Shown here: positions 1 to 8,377 of the stretch, one piece after another
Position numbering within the stretch: the stretch's first letter is position 1
How the letters are laid out: each line of letters begins with the position of its first letter
Assembly: GCA_963835335.1 (NCBI GenBank)
Contig: CAWIFB010000006.1
Location: 136,084 to 200,083 of the forward strand
From: an uncultured Chloroflexia bacterium
GTDB taxonomy: Bacteria; Chloroflexota; Limnocylindria; Limnocylindrales; CSP1-4
Reading direction: 5' to 3'
DNA length: 64,000 nt
Notes under the pieces: model-generated
Told to the model about the DNA's origin: nothing
The model's database searches: none
What the model saw: only the letters and a program-made list of their open reading frames with translations
Made by a program: the position numbers and the translations under genes

Positions 1-496
1 GGACGAGCGGGTCGAGACCCGAGGTCGGCTCGTCGAGGATCAGCAGCTCCGGCCGGTGCTGGAGCGCGATCACGAGACCGATCTTCTGCTTGTTGCCCTT
101 GGACAGCTCCTTGAACCGCCGGCTGGGATCGATCTCGAGGCGCTCGATCAGCGCCTGCTGGTAGGCGCGGTCCACGCCACCCCGGAGATTGGCGAAGTAG
201 TGGATCGTCTGGCCGCCGGTGAGCCGGTCGTAGAGCGCGAACTCGCCCGGGATGTAGCCGATCCGCTTGTGGATGGCGACCGGATCGGCGGTCGTGTCGA
301 TCCCGAACACGAACGCCTTGCCGGACGTCGGCCGGATGAGATCGAGCAGCGTGCGGATCGTCGTCGTCTTGCCGGCCCCGTTGGGGCCAAGGAAGCCGAA
401 CACCTCGCCCTCGGCCACCGACAGGTCGACGTCGATGATCCCGCGCTGCGTGCCGTAGGCCTTCGTCAGCTTCTCGGTTCGAATGATGTCAGTCAT
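1..496 (-). CDS. ABC transporter ATP-binding protein (partial, runs off left edge)
   Basis: Minus-strand ORF from ATG at 496 with no stop in the window, so it is absent from the ORF track. Translation MTDIIRTEKLTKAYG... has Walker A GPNGAGKTT, signature-like LSKGNKQK and Walker B LLILDEP. Confidence 0.9.
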   Translation of the reverse strand, partial: MTDIIRTEKLTKAYGTQRGIIDVDLSVAEGEVFGFLGPNGAGKTTTIRTLLDLIRPTSGKAFVFGIDTTADPVAIHKRIGYIPGEFALYDRLTGGQTIHYFANLRGGVDRAYQQALIERLEIDPSRRFKELSKGNKQKIGLVIALQHRPELLILDEPTSGLDPLV

Positions 497-538
497 GCGG
501 AAGTGGTCCTCGCTCTAGGGGTCCGGGACGCCTCTGGC

Positions 539-1222
539 TCATCCGAACCACTGTTTCAGCAAGCCCCGCTGGAAGGGGGCAATCGCACCGGGCGCGACTC
601 CGGCGATCCGCTCGAACGCGCTGAAGTAGCCGAACAGCCGGTCCTCCATCTGGTCGAGGCTGATCTGACCCGCCTGGAACTCGATGTACATCTCGGTCGC
701 GGCCTCGTTGGCTGCGAACACGATCGTCGCCAGGACGCGCGCGGCGGCGTCCGGGTCGTCGACCTTGATCGTTCCGTCGTCGCATCCCTGGCGGACGATG
801 CGCGCGAACAACGGCCGGAGACGGGCATTCGTCCGGCGCCGGAACTTCTCGCGAACGATGGCGTTGTCGTCCGAGACCCAGACCTCGAGGATGCTGAGGA
901 CCAGCTCGCGCCGCTCCCATTTCCAGTCGGCGATGTTGGTGAAGAACGCCCGGAGCTTCTCGACGGCCGGCCGGGCGGGATCGTCAACGGTCTCGCCCAG
1001 CATCCGCCAGACGTCATCGGTCATCCGCTCGATCACCGCGTCGAGCAGTGCCAGCTTGCCGTCGAAGTAGTGATAGAACGCGCCGCGCGACGCGCCGCAG
1101 TCGTCCAGGACGTCCTGGATGCTCACTCGCTCGTAGCCGCGCGCCTGGATCAATCGCTGGGCGGCCTCCACGAACGCCTCGCGCCGATCCGCGTGCGCGG
1201 CCGGGTCGAGCGTCCGAGCCAT
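539..1222 (-). CDS. TetR family transcriptional regulator
   Basis: 227-aa ORF with a TetR-type HTH at the N-terminus (REAFVEAAQRLIQARGYERVSIQDVLDDCGASRGAFYHYF). It ends 43 nt upstream of the ABC ATPase start on the same strand. Confidence 0.9.
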   Translation of the reverse strand: MARTLDPAAHADRREAFVEAAQRLIQARGYERVSIQDVLDDCGASRGAFYHYFDGKLALLDAVIERMTDDVWRMLGETVDDPARPAVEKLRAFFTNIADWKWERRELVLSILEVWVSDDNAIVREKFRRRTNARLRPLFARIVRQGCDDGTIKVDDPDAAARVLATIVFAANEAATEMYIEFQAGQISLDQMEDRLFGYFSAFERIAGVAPGAIAPFQRGLLKQWFG

Positions 1223-1301
1223 GGGTGCGCCTCCGAATAATGGACCGACTGTCGGTCTAAGAATACGGCGGCGGTCAAGCGCCCGTCCATCCGGGTGGCG
1301 A

Positions 1302-1766
1302 TCAGTACGTGCCCTTGATCACGAAGTAGGAGCCGCGGATGGTCCCGGCCAGCTTCGACTTCTGGCGTACGAACTTGAACCGCTGGGCGAGCTCGGCGGG
1401 GATCTCCATGCCGTCGGAGAGCTTGAACCCGACCGCCCGCTTGCCGGCGTCATCGATCGAGTACAGGACGTTGACCGACAGGCCGCTCTCGTAGAACACG
1501 TACGTCCAGCGGACGTTCTCGACCTGGAATTCGGTCGCCTCGAGCGGGCGGGACTCGATGACGATGCCGCGCTCCTCCTCGAGGAGGCGGTGGACGTATT
1601 CGATGAGCTCCTTGGCCGCGCTGGCCGGCTGCACCGTGAACTCATGGTCGTACTTGTTCCTGAAGTAGCGGGCCTCGTTCGCTCGCAGCCCGGCGAGCGC
1701 GGCTGCCACCGGCGACGACTCCAGGCCGGTGGTCGAGACGTTGGCGAAATCCACGACATCGGGCAT
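1302..1766 (-). CDS. hypothetical protein
   Basis: ATG at 1766 (MPDVVDFANV...) lies inside the longer 1302..1985 ORF. Third-position GC is high. No family recognised. Confidence 0.55.
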   Translation of the reverse strand: MPDVVDFANVSTTGLESSPVAAALAGLRANEARYFRNKYDHEFTVQPASAAKELIEYVHRLLEEERGIVIESRPLEATEFQVENVRWTYVFYESGLSVNVLYSIDDAGKRAVGFKLSDGMEIPAELAQRFKFVRQKSKLAGTIRGSYFVIKGTY

Positions 1767-2002
1767 GACACGCTCCTGTGCGCCTGGGACACGGGCCGAG
1801 GCCATCAACCGCCGAAACCGCCGGGCGATCACGAGTTGATCGAGTTGGCATGAGCGTCCCGGCTGCGACGCGGGACGGCTGCGTTGGCTGGAGTCTGACG
1901 CCCGCCTGTGCCGGCCGCTTCTCCATTCCTGCCGAACATGCGGTCCGCCGACCGCGCTTTCGGAAGACCGACTGACCGCGGCCACACTCGCGCCCGACGT
2001 GG

Positions 2003-2395
2003 TTACGGGAGCGTCTCGAAGCCTGCGGTCCGGAAGTCTGCATCGATAGCGATCGCGCGCCCGATCCCCTCCCGGCGCATGAAGGCGAAGCTCGTCCGGT
2101 CCACGAGCGAGACCGATGACTCGATGGTGTCGCGGAAGGCTGCGACCGCGGTGGCGTGCAGGTCGGCGTCGACCGGGGCCACGTCAAGGGCCGGGATGAC
2201 GCGGTCGATGAGGTGGGCTGCGACGATGGGACCGTACCGGCGACGTGCCACCGCCAGGGTCTCGACGATGACGTAGGCGTGCGTCGCGAGGACCTCGGAT
2301 CGCCCAAGCGCGAATGCCTCGACGACCCCCGCGTGTTCCGGATCGTCGCGGTCCACCAGCGCCAGGATCCCGCTCGAGTCGACGAACAGGGTCAC
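2003..2395 (-). CDS. vapC: PIN-domain toxin VapC
   Basis: MTLFVDSSGILALV... carries PIN acidic residues (FVDSS, VIVET, SLVDRTS, AIDADF). The GTG start overlaps the antitoxin stop (GTGA). Confidence 0.85.
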   Translation of the reverse strand: MTLFVDSSGILALVDRDDPEHAGVVEAFALGRSEVLATHAYVIVETLAVARRRYGPIVAAHLIDRVIPALDVAPVDADLHATAVAAFRDTIESSVSLVDRTSFAFMRREGIGRAIAIDADFRTAGFETLP

Positions 2396-2634
2396 CAGCG
2401 CTCGCCGGCCAGCTCGGCGTCGTGATCCCGCGCGACCAGGCCCGTTCCGGACGCAACCGAGCCGGCTGCATCCAGGAGGGTGTCAATGCGGTCGCGGCGC
2501 CGGGCATCCTCGTCGGGCACGACCCGGTCGACCGCGTCCCGGATGACGGCTGCAAGGGACACGTGCCGCCGGCGTGCCTCCCCGCGGAGGCGCCGCATCT
2601 GGTCGTCGGTGAGGGAGATCTGCGTCCTGATCAT
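2392..2634 (-). CDS. vapB: ribbon-helix-helix antitoxin (VapB/CopG-like)
   Basis: MIRTQISLTDDQMRRLRGEARRRHVSLAAVIRDAV... has the RHH pattern. ATG at 2634 is preferred over the TTG at 2652 used by the ORF track. Confidence 0.8.
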   Translation of the reverse strand: MIRTQISLTDDQMRRLRGEARRRHVSLAAVIRDAVDRVVPDEDARRRDRIDTLLDAAGSVASGTGLVARDHDAELAGERW

Positions 2635-2759
2635 ATGCTGGGATGATAACAATTCACGGCAATCCGATGTAAGGGCGTGGGGGGTGCCATGGCGAGCGTG
2701 CGCTATGGTTCCGCCTGATCACGCCAGGGAGGTCGCACCTGATCGATCGTCGCCGCTCG

Positions 2760-3773
2760 TTGCTGTTGCTCTCACTGTGCGCTGCGCTAGTCGGCTGCGA
2801 CGCCGCAGTGACGGTGTCGCAAGCCGTGCCGGGCAGCCCCTCACCGGCCACGTCACCGGTGGGGACAGGCCCGGCCGAAAGCCAGCATGCGTCCGCGAAA
2901 CCGTCCGCGACGGCCCCGCTCCCGGCGTGCTCGACGGCGCCCGGGGCGGACGGGGAAATGGCGCCCGGGGCAGCCCGCACCGATGGCCGTGGAATTGCCC
3001 AGGTGTGGGTCCCGGCCGGAGCGTTCCGCATGGGCACGACCACCGATGAGGCCGCGGCCGTCCTCATGGCGAGCCCGCCGGGCTGGGTGGCCAGTGAGCT
3101 GCCCGGCGAGCAGCCGGCGCATTCGGTCGCGATCAGCTGTGGCTACTGGATCGACCGCGACGAGGTCACCAATGCGGCGTTCGAGGCATTCGTGGCGGCG
3201 GGCGCATACACGACCCGAGCGTACTGGTCAGACCAGGGCTGGGCATGGCTCGCGACGCAGGCCTCGAACGTGCCCGTGGACTGCGGGAACCCGGCGCCGC
3301 TGGCACCGCGGGCATGCATGACCTGGTACGAGGCGGAGGCCTACGCGTCGTGGCGCGGCGGTCGCCTGCCGACCGAAGCCGAGTGGGAGTACGCGGCGCG
3401 GGGTCCCGACAGCAGGATCTACCCCTGGGGCGACGCCTGGGATCCGTCACGCGCGAACATCATGTCCGCGACGGCCGCGGCCGACGTCGGCTCGTTTCCG
3501 GCCGGCGACAGCTGGGTCGGCGCGCGGGACATGGCCGGGAACGTGATGGAGTGGGTCGCCGACTGGCGCTCCGACACATACGACGCGGACTCGCCATTGA
3601 CCGATCCGACCGGTCCCGAGGGCGGGACGATCAAGGTCGAGAAGGGGGGCTGGTGGGGCAGCAACCCATGGGTCGCCCGCTCCGCCTACCGTCATTTCGA
3701 GGACCCGCCCTCGTACGAAGACCACCACATCGGCGTCCGGATCGTCACCCCGGCGGAAAGTGCCACTTCGTGA
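2760..3773 (+). CDS. formylglycine-generating enzyme (SUMF1/FGE-sulfatase) family lipoprotein
   Basis: Motifs FRMG, WYEAEAYASWRGGRLPTEAEWEYAARG, GNVMEWVADW and RSAYRH..HIGVRIV, plus lipobox LVGC. The start is uncertain. GGGAGG at 2727-2732 precedes an in-frame CTG at 2739, which would give IDRRRSLLLLSLCAALVGC. Confidence 0.85.
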   Translation: MLLLSLCAALVGCDAAVTVSQAVPGSPSPATSPVGTGPAESQHASAKPSATAPLPACSTAPGADGEMAPGAARTDGRGIAQVWVPAGAFRMGTTTDEAAAVLMASPPGWVASELPGEQPAHSVAISCGYWIDRDEVTNAAFEAFVAAGAYTTRAYWSDQGWAWLATQASNVPVDCGNPAPLAPRACMTWYEAEAYASWRGGRLPTEAEWEYAARGPDSRIYPWGDAWDPSRANIMSATAAADVGSFPAGDSWVGARDMAGNVMEWVADWRSDTYDADSPLTDPTGPEGGTIKVEKGGWWGSNPWVARSAYRHFEDPPSYEDHHIGVRIVTPAESATS

Positions 3774-3823
3774 TCGGGCTGCCGTCCTGCAGCGAAGCGC
3801 CCCGGCCGACAAGCGAGCGGGCG

Positions 3824-3862
3824 TGGAGCCGACACCCGGACTTGAGCCGAGGACACGCTGTT
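3824..3862 (-). repeat. degenerate direct copy of the 3' half of tRNA-Thr (att-like remnant)
   Basis: These 39 nt align to 4321-4359 (T arm, acceptor 3' strand, CCA, part of the anticodon stem) with 34/39 identity by my hand alignment, in the same orientation. No matching 5' acceptor strand is present. Confidence 0.7.
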
Positions 3863-3887
3863 CCTCTTGCGGCTACGCAGGCTCTCA

Positions 3888-4151
3888 TCAGTGCACTTCC
3901 CCGCAGGCCAGGAACGAACCGTCGGTCCAGAAGCCGCCGGACATGTTGACGAACGATCCGGTCCGCGCGACCACAACGAGGCCCCAGTTCCTCACGACCT
4001 CGACCTCTCCCAATCGGCTGCGACCCGCATAGCCGGGCGGCCATGTCACGGCATAGCGGTGTCCGCTCGAGTCGATGACGGCGGTGCCCGCCGCATCGTC
4101 GGCAACGAGCTGGCCCGAAATCCCGCTCGTGTAGCAGCCGAGCGCAACCAA
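3888..4151 (-). CDS. hypothetical protein (small ORF between the tRNA and its partial repeat)
   Basis: 87-aa ORF with a TTG start directly after an in-frame TGA. Third-position GC is high. No family recognised. Confidence 0.35.
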   Translation of the reverse strand: MVALGCYTSGISGQLVADDAAGTAVIDSSGHRYAVTWPPGYAGRSRLGEVEVVRNWGLVVVARTGSFVNMSGGFWTDGSFLACGEVH

Positions 4152-4285
4152 ACGAGAGTCATGCCCTCGCTGTCATCCCGCCGTAGGCGGCACTTCCCCC
4201 TGTCGGTCGCGCCGCCGCCGGGCGCCGTCCCTGAGGCGGCGTGGCGGTCACCGTGGCTGTCAACCGCCCACCGGACACGACAGAA

Positions 4286-4303
4286 GCCAGCCTCGAGGCT
4301 GGC
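4286..4303 (-). terminator. hairpin downstream of tRNA-Thr
   Basis: gccagcc-tcga-ggctggc lies 18 nt past the tRNA 3' end and is followed on the minus strand by ttctgtcgtg. Confidence 0.5.
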
Positions 4304-4320
4304 CCCTGTGTTCAGATCGC

Positions 4321-4395
4321 TGGAGCCGACACTCGGATTTGAACCGAGGACCTGCTGTTTACGAAACAGCTGCTCTACCGCTGAGCTATGTCGGC
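4321..4395 (-). tRNA. tRNA-Thr: tRNA-Thr (anticodon CGU)
   Basis: The reverse complement folds as a cloverleaf. Acceptor GCCGACA/TGTCGGC, D stem GCTC/GAGC, anticodon stem GCTGT/ACAGC with loop TTCGTAA, T arm CTCGG-TTCAAAT-CCGAG, discriminator T, encoded CCA. Confidence 0.95.
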
Positions 4396-4576
4396 GCCGT
4401 TCAAGAATAGCCGATGCTCAAGAACAGCGGCTATTGGCCCGAGTGGACGCACGGTCGCCTTGGTGCTCAATACCCTGGCACAACGCTCGAATAGCCGGCC
4501 CCGATCGAGGGTGTCGCCACGAGGTCGAACTCGGCGAGCCGCGGGAGCGACGTAAGCCCAGATATTGTGCAGCGCT

Positions 4577-4590
4577 GTACAACGATGTAC
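4577..4590. promoter_or_regulatory. candidate TA operator palindrome
   Basis: GTACA-acga-TGTAC lies 22-35 nt upstream of the Phd/YefM-type antitoxin ATG at 4612. Confidence 0.3.
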
Positions 4591-4611
4591 CTTACGGGTG
4601 TGTCGAACACG

Positions 4612-4893
4612 ATGACGGTCAGCAAGGCGCGAGCGGCCCTCCCGCAGATCCTTCAACGCGTCTTGGCTGGGGAAGAGGTCACGATCACGCGCCATGGTGA
4701 GCCGGTCGCCGTCGTCGTCCGGCCCGATACGCTCCGTGCGCGCCGAGCGAGCCAACGGCTGAGCGACGCGGATCGGGTGCGCGATCTCATCGCCCGTAGC
4801 CGGCAGGCGAAGCTCCATCCTCGCGCGACCCTGAGTGAGCGGCAGGCCGATCCGCTGCTGGCGGACGTCCAGGCAGCCCGATCGAAGCGGTAG
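4612..4893 (+). CDS. Phd/YefM-type antitoxin
   Basis: MTVSKARAALPQILQRVLAGEEVTITRHGEPVAVVV is a typical Phd/YefM N-terminus. ATG at 4612 lies inside the longer 4567 ORF, immediately upstream of a PIN gene. Confidence 0.8.
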   Translation: MTVSKARAALPQILQRVLAGEEVTITRHGEPVAVVVRPDTLRARRASQRLSDADRVRDLIARSRQAKLHPRATLSERQADPLLADVQAARSKR

Positions 4894-4904
4894 CCCAATC
4901 GGAC

Positions 4905-5324
4905 ATGGACGCCTTCGATGCCGACGTGCTCATCTATGCCGCGGTCGCCGACCATCCGCTGGGCATACGCGTCCGTGCCCTGTTTCCGGTCCAGCCTGTC
5001 GAGGGCACCGGAACCGTCGCGGGTATCGGCTCGGTGCTGCTGCTTCCCGAGCTTCTGACGAAGCCGCTCCGTGAGGGAGCCATCGACGAGCTCAACGAGC
5101 TCGGCGCACTCCTCGGTCGACTCGACCTCCGTCCGGTGGACGAGGCCACCGCCGAGCTGGCGACCGCGCTCGGTGCCGCCTATCGGCTCCGCGCGGCGGA
5201 CGCAGTCCATCTGGCGACCGCCGTCAACGCTGGGGCCGATCGCTTCATCACCAACAACGCAGCCGACTTCCCGAAGACGATCACGGAGGTCGATGTCACG
5301 TATCCGGTTGACCTCACAGCGTGA
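4905..5324 (+). CDS. vapC: PIN-domain toxin VapC
   Basis: MDAFDADVLIYA...AADAVHLATAVNAGADRFITNNAADF shows a PIN signature with conserved acidic residues. Confidence 0.85.
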   Translation: MDAFDADVLIYAAVADHPLGIRVRALFPVQPVEGTGTVAGIGSVLLLPELLTKPLREGAIDELNELGALLGRLDLRPVDEATAELATALGAAYRLRAADAVHLATAVNAGADRFITNNAADFPKTITEVDVTYPVDLTA

Positions 5325-5387
5325 CCGAGCTGATAGCTGCGTCCGCGAGCAGGATGTTCCAACGCCGATGGGGCTACACTTCGCTAC

Positions 5388-5804
5388 ATGCGTAGTCAGC
5401 CAATCCGGATCGAGTCGGAGACCCTGCGTGCCCTCAGGGAGCGCAGCGAGCAGAGCGGCGAGCCGATCGTCCGGCTCGCTGGACGCTACATCGACGAGGG
5501 CATGCGGCTCGACCGCCATCCAGGGATCGTCTTCCGTGATGGCCCGGCCGGGCGACGCGCGGTCGTGGTCGGCGGGCCCGATGTCTGGGAGATCATTGCT
5601 GCGGTTCGCTCAGCCCCCGAGCGCGGCGAGCGGCGCATCGAGGCGGTCGCCCAGCGGATGGGTCTGCCCCGCGAGAAGATCCGCGCGGCCGTCCGCTACT
5701 ACGCCGACTACCCGGACGAAGTCGACGGGTTCATCGCGACGGTCGAACTCGAGGCCGTGGAGCTCGAGCGGACGCTCGAGCGGGAGCGCCGGCTCCTCGG
5801 GTGA
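5388..5804 (+). CDS. DUF433-type antitoxin
   Basis: The core HPGIVFRDGPAGRRAVVVGGPDVWEIIA...IRAAVRYYADYPDEVD resembles DUF433. It overlaps the following gene by 4 nt. Confidence 0.7.
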   Translation: MRSQPIRIESETLRALRERSEQSGEPIVRLAGRYIDEGMRLDRHPGIVFRDGPAGRRAVVVGGPDVWEIIAAVRSAPERGERRIEAVAQRMGLPREKIRAAVRYYADYPDEVDGFIATVELEAVELERTLERERRLLG

Positions 5805-6175
5805 AGCTGCTCCTCGACGAGATGTATCCCGCGGTCATCGCCCAGAAGCTGCGGGAGCGGGGCCACGACGTCGCGTCGATCCACGATCCCGACTATCGCC
5901 GGCTGGAGGGCGCAGCCGACGCCGACGTGTACGCCGCGGCGCTGGCCGACGGTCGGGCCGTCGTGACCGAGAACGTCCCGGACTTCCGCCGTCTCGAAGC
6001 CGCCGCACTCGCCCGCGAAGCACCGTATCCCGCCTCGGTCTTCACCACCAACCGACGGTTCCCGCGGGGCGCCGCGGCGACGACCGGGCGGCTTGTGATG
6101 GCGCTCGACGCTTTGCTCGGGGCCGACGCCGAAGCGGTCACGACCGTGTTCCTCGAACCGGTCGACCGGGCGTGA
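5801..6175 (+). CDS. DUF5615 (PIN-like, Mut7-C type) toxin
   Basis: MKLLLDEMYPAVIAQKLRERGHDVASI... is a typical DUF5615 N-terminus, and the gene is paired with a DUF433 gene. Confidence 0.7.
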   Translation: MKLLLDEMYPAVIAQKLRERGHDVASIHDPDYRRLEGAADADVYAAALADGRAVVTENVPDFRRLEAAALAREAPYPASVFTTNRRFPRGAAATTGRLVMALDALLGADAEAVTTVFLEPVDRA

Positions 6176-6424
6176 CCCAGCCGGGGCAACGTCAGGTGTG
6201 TCTGGACACCCGATCCGGCGCGAACGGGCCTCTGCGTCGATCCTGGGCGTGCACGCTGAAGAATCGAATAGTTGATGACTATGGCCGTTTGTATCGGCCT
6301 TCCACGCTTGTAGCACTGCGCATAGCGCGGGAGACTTACGAAACACAGGCATCGCACGCCCAAGAGGTCGCGGCGGCGAATCCCGGCAGGCGATGTCGTC
6401 GGCTCGATTGGGGGCCCCGCTCGA

Positions 6425-8017
6425 TCAGCCGGTGCCGAAGCCGAGATCGCTCAGCGGGGGAACGGCCTCATCGAGGAGCCAGCGCTGGCGCCAGGATTCC
6501 AGCGAGCGCCCGCTCACCTGTTCCGCGAGGTCGACGAAGTCATCGACGGTCGCGGCCTGCCGGTGGAACCGGACGACCCACGTGCGCAGGATCTCGAAGA
6601 ACGAGTCGTCGCCGACGAGGATGCGGAGTGCGTGGAGGGAGAGCGGGCCCCGTTCGTACAGGCCCGGGTTGTCCGCGACCTTCGATGGATCGGCCGGGGC
6701 GTCCGTCCGCGACCCGAGGTGGGCGTGCATCGTGGCGATCAACTCGTCGCGGGCTTCGATCCCATCCGCGTGCTCGACCCACAGGAGGTTGGCGTAGTTG
6801 GCGAAGGCGGCTCGCAGGTAGCTCTCGCGGGAGGTCGACGGCGTGGCGTTCACTGCGAACCAGATGTGCGTCAAGTGGTGCGCAAGCGCAGTCGGTTCGA
6901 GGCGCTCCGGCCCCCATTTGAGAAGACCTTCGTCCGGACCCTCCGTATCGGACAGGCCGTCGACCCAGACGACGCTGAGCGACTCGAATGGAAACGACCC
7001 GTAGAGCTCGCTGAGGTATTCGAAGATCGTCGGGATGCGATCGAGCGCCTCGTGCTGCCGTGGCGATAGATCCTTCGGCTCATAGCTCGTCAGCGGGACT
7101 CCAGCAACCGTGCCGAGGTCGGCCATGTCGTAGTCCCTGACGACGATCGAGAACTGGTTTGACGGTCCGGCGCGCCAGTGGAACTGGCGGCCGCCCGCTA
7201 CGTCTGTCTCGGAGATGAGGACCCCTGGGCCGATCGCGGTATACGGACGCGGCACCGTGACATGGGTCTCGATCATCGCCTTGTCGGCCGGATCGGCATT
7301 CGTCGGAAGCCATGTCCCAACCGCGTCGTAGATCCCGAACGCCGACAGCTGCTCCGGGCCGCGCCAGGCCCAACCGTCGCCACGAACCGGGACTGGACGG
7401 CCGGCGATGTCGATGGCGGTCCGGAACGCGTCACCGGGCGCGATGATCCGGGGGATTGTGACCACCAACTTGCCGCCCAATTCGGTGAACGCCGCCGCGA
7501 CCTCGTCGACGCTGACGGTCAGCGGGGCGATCCCGGAATAGTCGAGGCTGAACCGGGCGAGACGCTGGGTCGCGACTGCTTCGATGATGACGCGAAGCGT
7601 CGTCTGGTTGTCGATCGGGTTCGTCTCGACGTCGATGTCGTAGGTTCGGACGTCGTAGCCTCCATTGCCCAGCATCGGGAACACGGGGTCGTGTCCGGAC
7701 TCTGCACCGAGCAGCGCCGGATCGATCGACGGCCCAGCCGGCCCAAGTGTCGCGGCGCTGGCCGTGCCGCTCCCAGCAGGCGATGCCAGTGGTGTCGACG
7801 GCTCGCTCGGGACACATCCGATCAGAACCGTGGCGACCAGCCACGTCAACCAGGGCACGAAGCGTCGCGCCGCGGTTGGTCCCGATCGCCGAGTCGTCCA
7901 GGAACCGGACCGACCTCCGGCTCTCACCTGTTGACTGTTTGATCGGCACCCCGGTCGGCCGGCTGCCTGCGCGCCGGCAGCCGCGATGTTCGGGCGCTCC
8001 CGATTGTCGTGAAGCAT
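6425..8017 (-). CDS. M1 aminopeptidase-family homolog with degenerate active site (lipoprotein-like N-terminus)
   Basis: M1-like N-domain (GNGGYDVRTYDIDVETNP, WLPTNADPADKA). The HEXXH position reads HHLTH (6866-6880) and the WLNEGFA position reads YLRAAFA. Signal-like WLTWLVATVLIGC. Start ATG 8017 is approximate. Confidence 0.75.
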   Translation of the reverse strand: MLHDNRERPNIAAAGAQAAGRPGCRSNSQQVRAGGRSGSWTTRRSGPTAARRFVPWLTWLVATVLIGCVPSEPSTPLASPAGSGTASAATLGPAGPSIDPALLGAESGHDPVFPMLGNGGYDVRTYDIDVETNPIDNQTTLRVIIEAVATQRLARFSLDYSGIAPLTVSVDEVAAAFTELGGKLVVTIPRIIAPGDAFRTAIDIAGRPVPVRGDGWAWRGPEQLSAFGIYDAVGTWLPTNADPADKAMIETHVTVPRPYTAIGPGVLISETDVAGGRQFHWRAGPSNQFSIVVRDYDMADLGTVAGVPLTSYEPKDLSPRQHEALDRIPTIFEYLSELYGSFPFESLSVVWVDGLSDTEGPDEGLLKWGPERLEPTALAHHLTHIWFAVNATPSTSRESYLRAAFANYANLLWVEHADGIEARDELIATMHAHLGSRTDAPADPSKVADNPGLYERGPLSLHALRILVGDDSFFEILRTWVVRFHRQAATVDDFVDLAEQVSGRSLESWRQRWLLDEAVPPLSDLGFGTG

Positions 8018-8161
8018 TCGCCGCTCCGAAATCGGCGTTCGAATGAGTATTGCATCCCCGCGGTTGGATCCGGTCCGGCCTGCTGGGACCGAACGCAGAT
8101 TTCGGAGCATGTCGACCGGCTCCCACGCGCTCGCCAGCGCCAGCGGTGGTACCATACGTCC

Positions 8162-8377
8162 GTGGACAAGACGACCATCTACCTGCCGACGGAGCTCAAG
8201 TCGGCGATCAAGCGCGTTGCCCGGCAGCGAGGAGTATCCGAGGCGGAGGTCATTCGCGATTCCATCCGCGAGTCCGTGGGGGCTGACCGACCGCGCCCGC
8301 GCGGTGGCCTCTTTGCCAGCGGCGCCCCGATCGCGCGCGAGGCGGACGAACACCTGCCGGGGTTCGGCGAACGGTGA
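8162..8377 (+). CDS. vapB: ribbon-helix-helix antitoxin (VapB-like)
   Basis: GTG at 8162 gives VDKTTIYLPTELKSAIKRVARQRGVSEAEVIRDSI (RHH pattern). It overlaps the PIN gene start by 4 nt. Confidence 0.8.
   Translation: MDKTTIYLPTELKSAIKRVARQRGVSEAEVIRDSIRESVGADRPRPRGGLFASGAPIAREADEHLPGFGER

Noticed and set aside
56-1240. 394-aa plus-strand ORF covering the TetR and ABC genes. Similar very long ORFs occur elsewhere: 5071-6921 +, 10155-11918 -, 18693-21308 +, 24866-26809 -, 25393-27333 +, 52455-54359 -, 58113-60155 +, 60658-62547 +.
   Set aside because: All are antisense or out-of-frame shadows of genes with clear family motifs. Their translations are Arg/Pro/Gly-rich low-complexity strings typical of non-coding frames in high-GC DNA.
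3863-4320. Segment between tRNA-Thr and its partial repeat, considered as an active mobile element.
   Set aside because: It is only 458 bp, with no integrase, excisionase or replication gene. It is best described as a scar, not a functional element.
6320-6345. 10-nt match (ttacgaaaca) to the anticodon region of tRNA-Thr inside a less GC-rich intergenic patch (6255-6345), considered as a second tRNA remnant or small RNA.
   Set aside because: Similarity does not extend beyond 10 nt. A chance match of that length is plausible in 128 kb of two-strand sequence. I could not draw a cloverleaf or stable structure.
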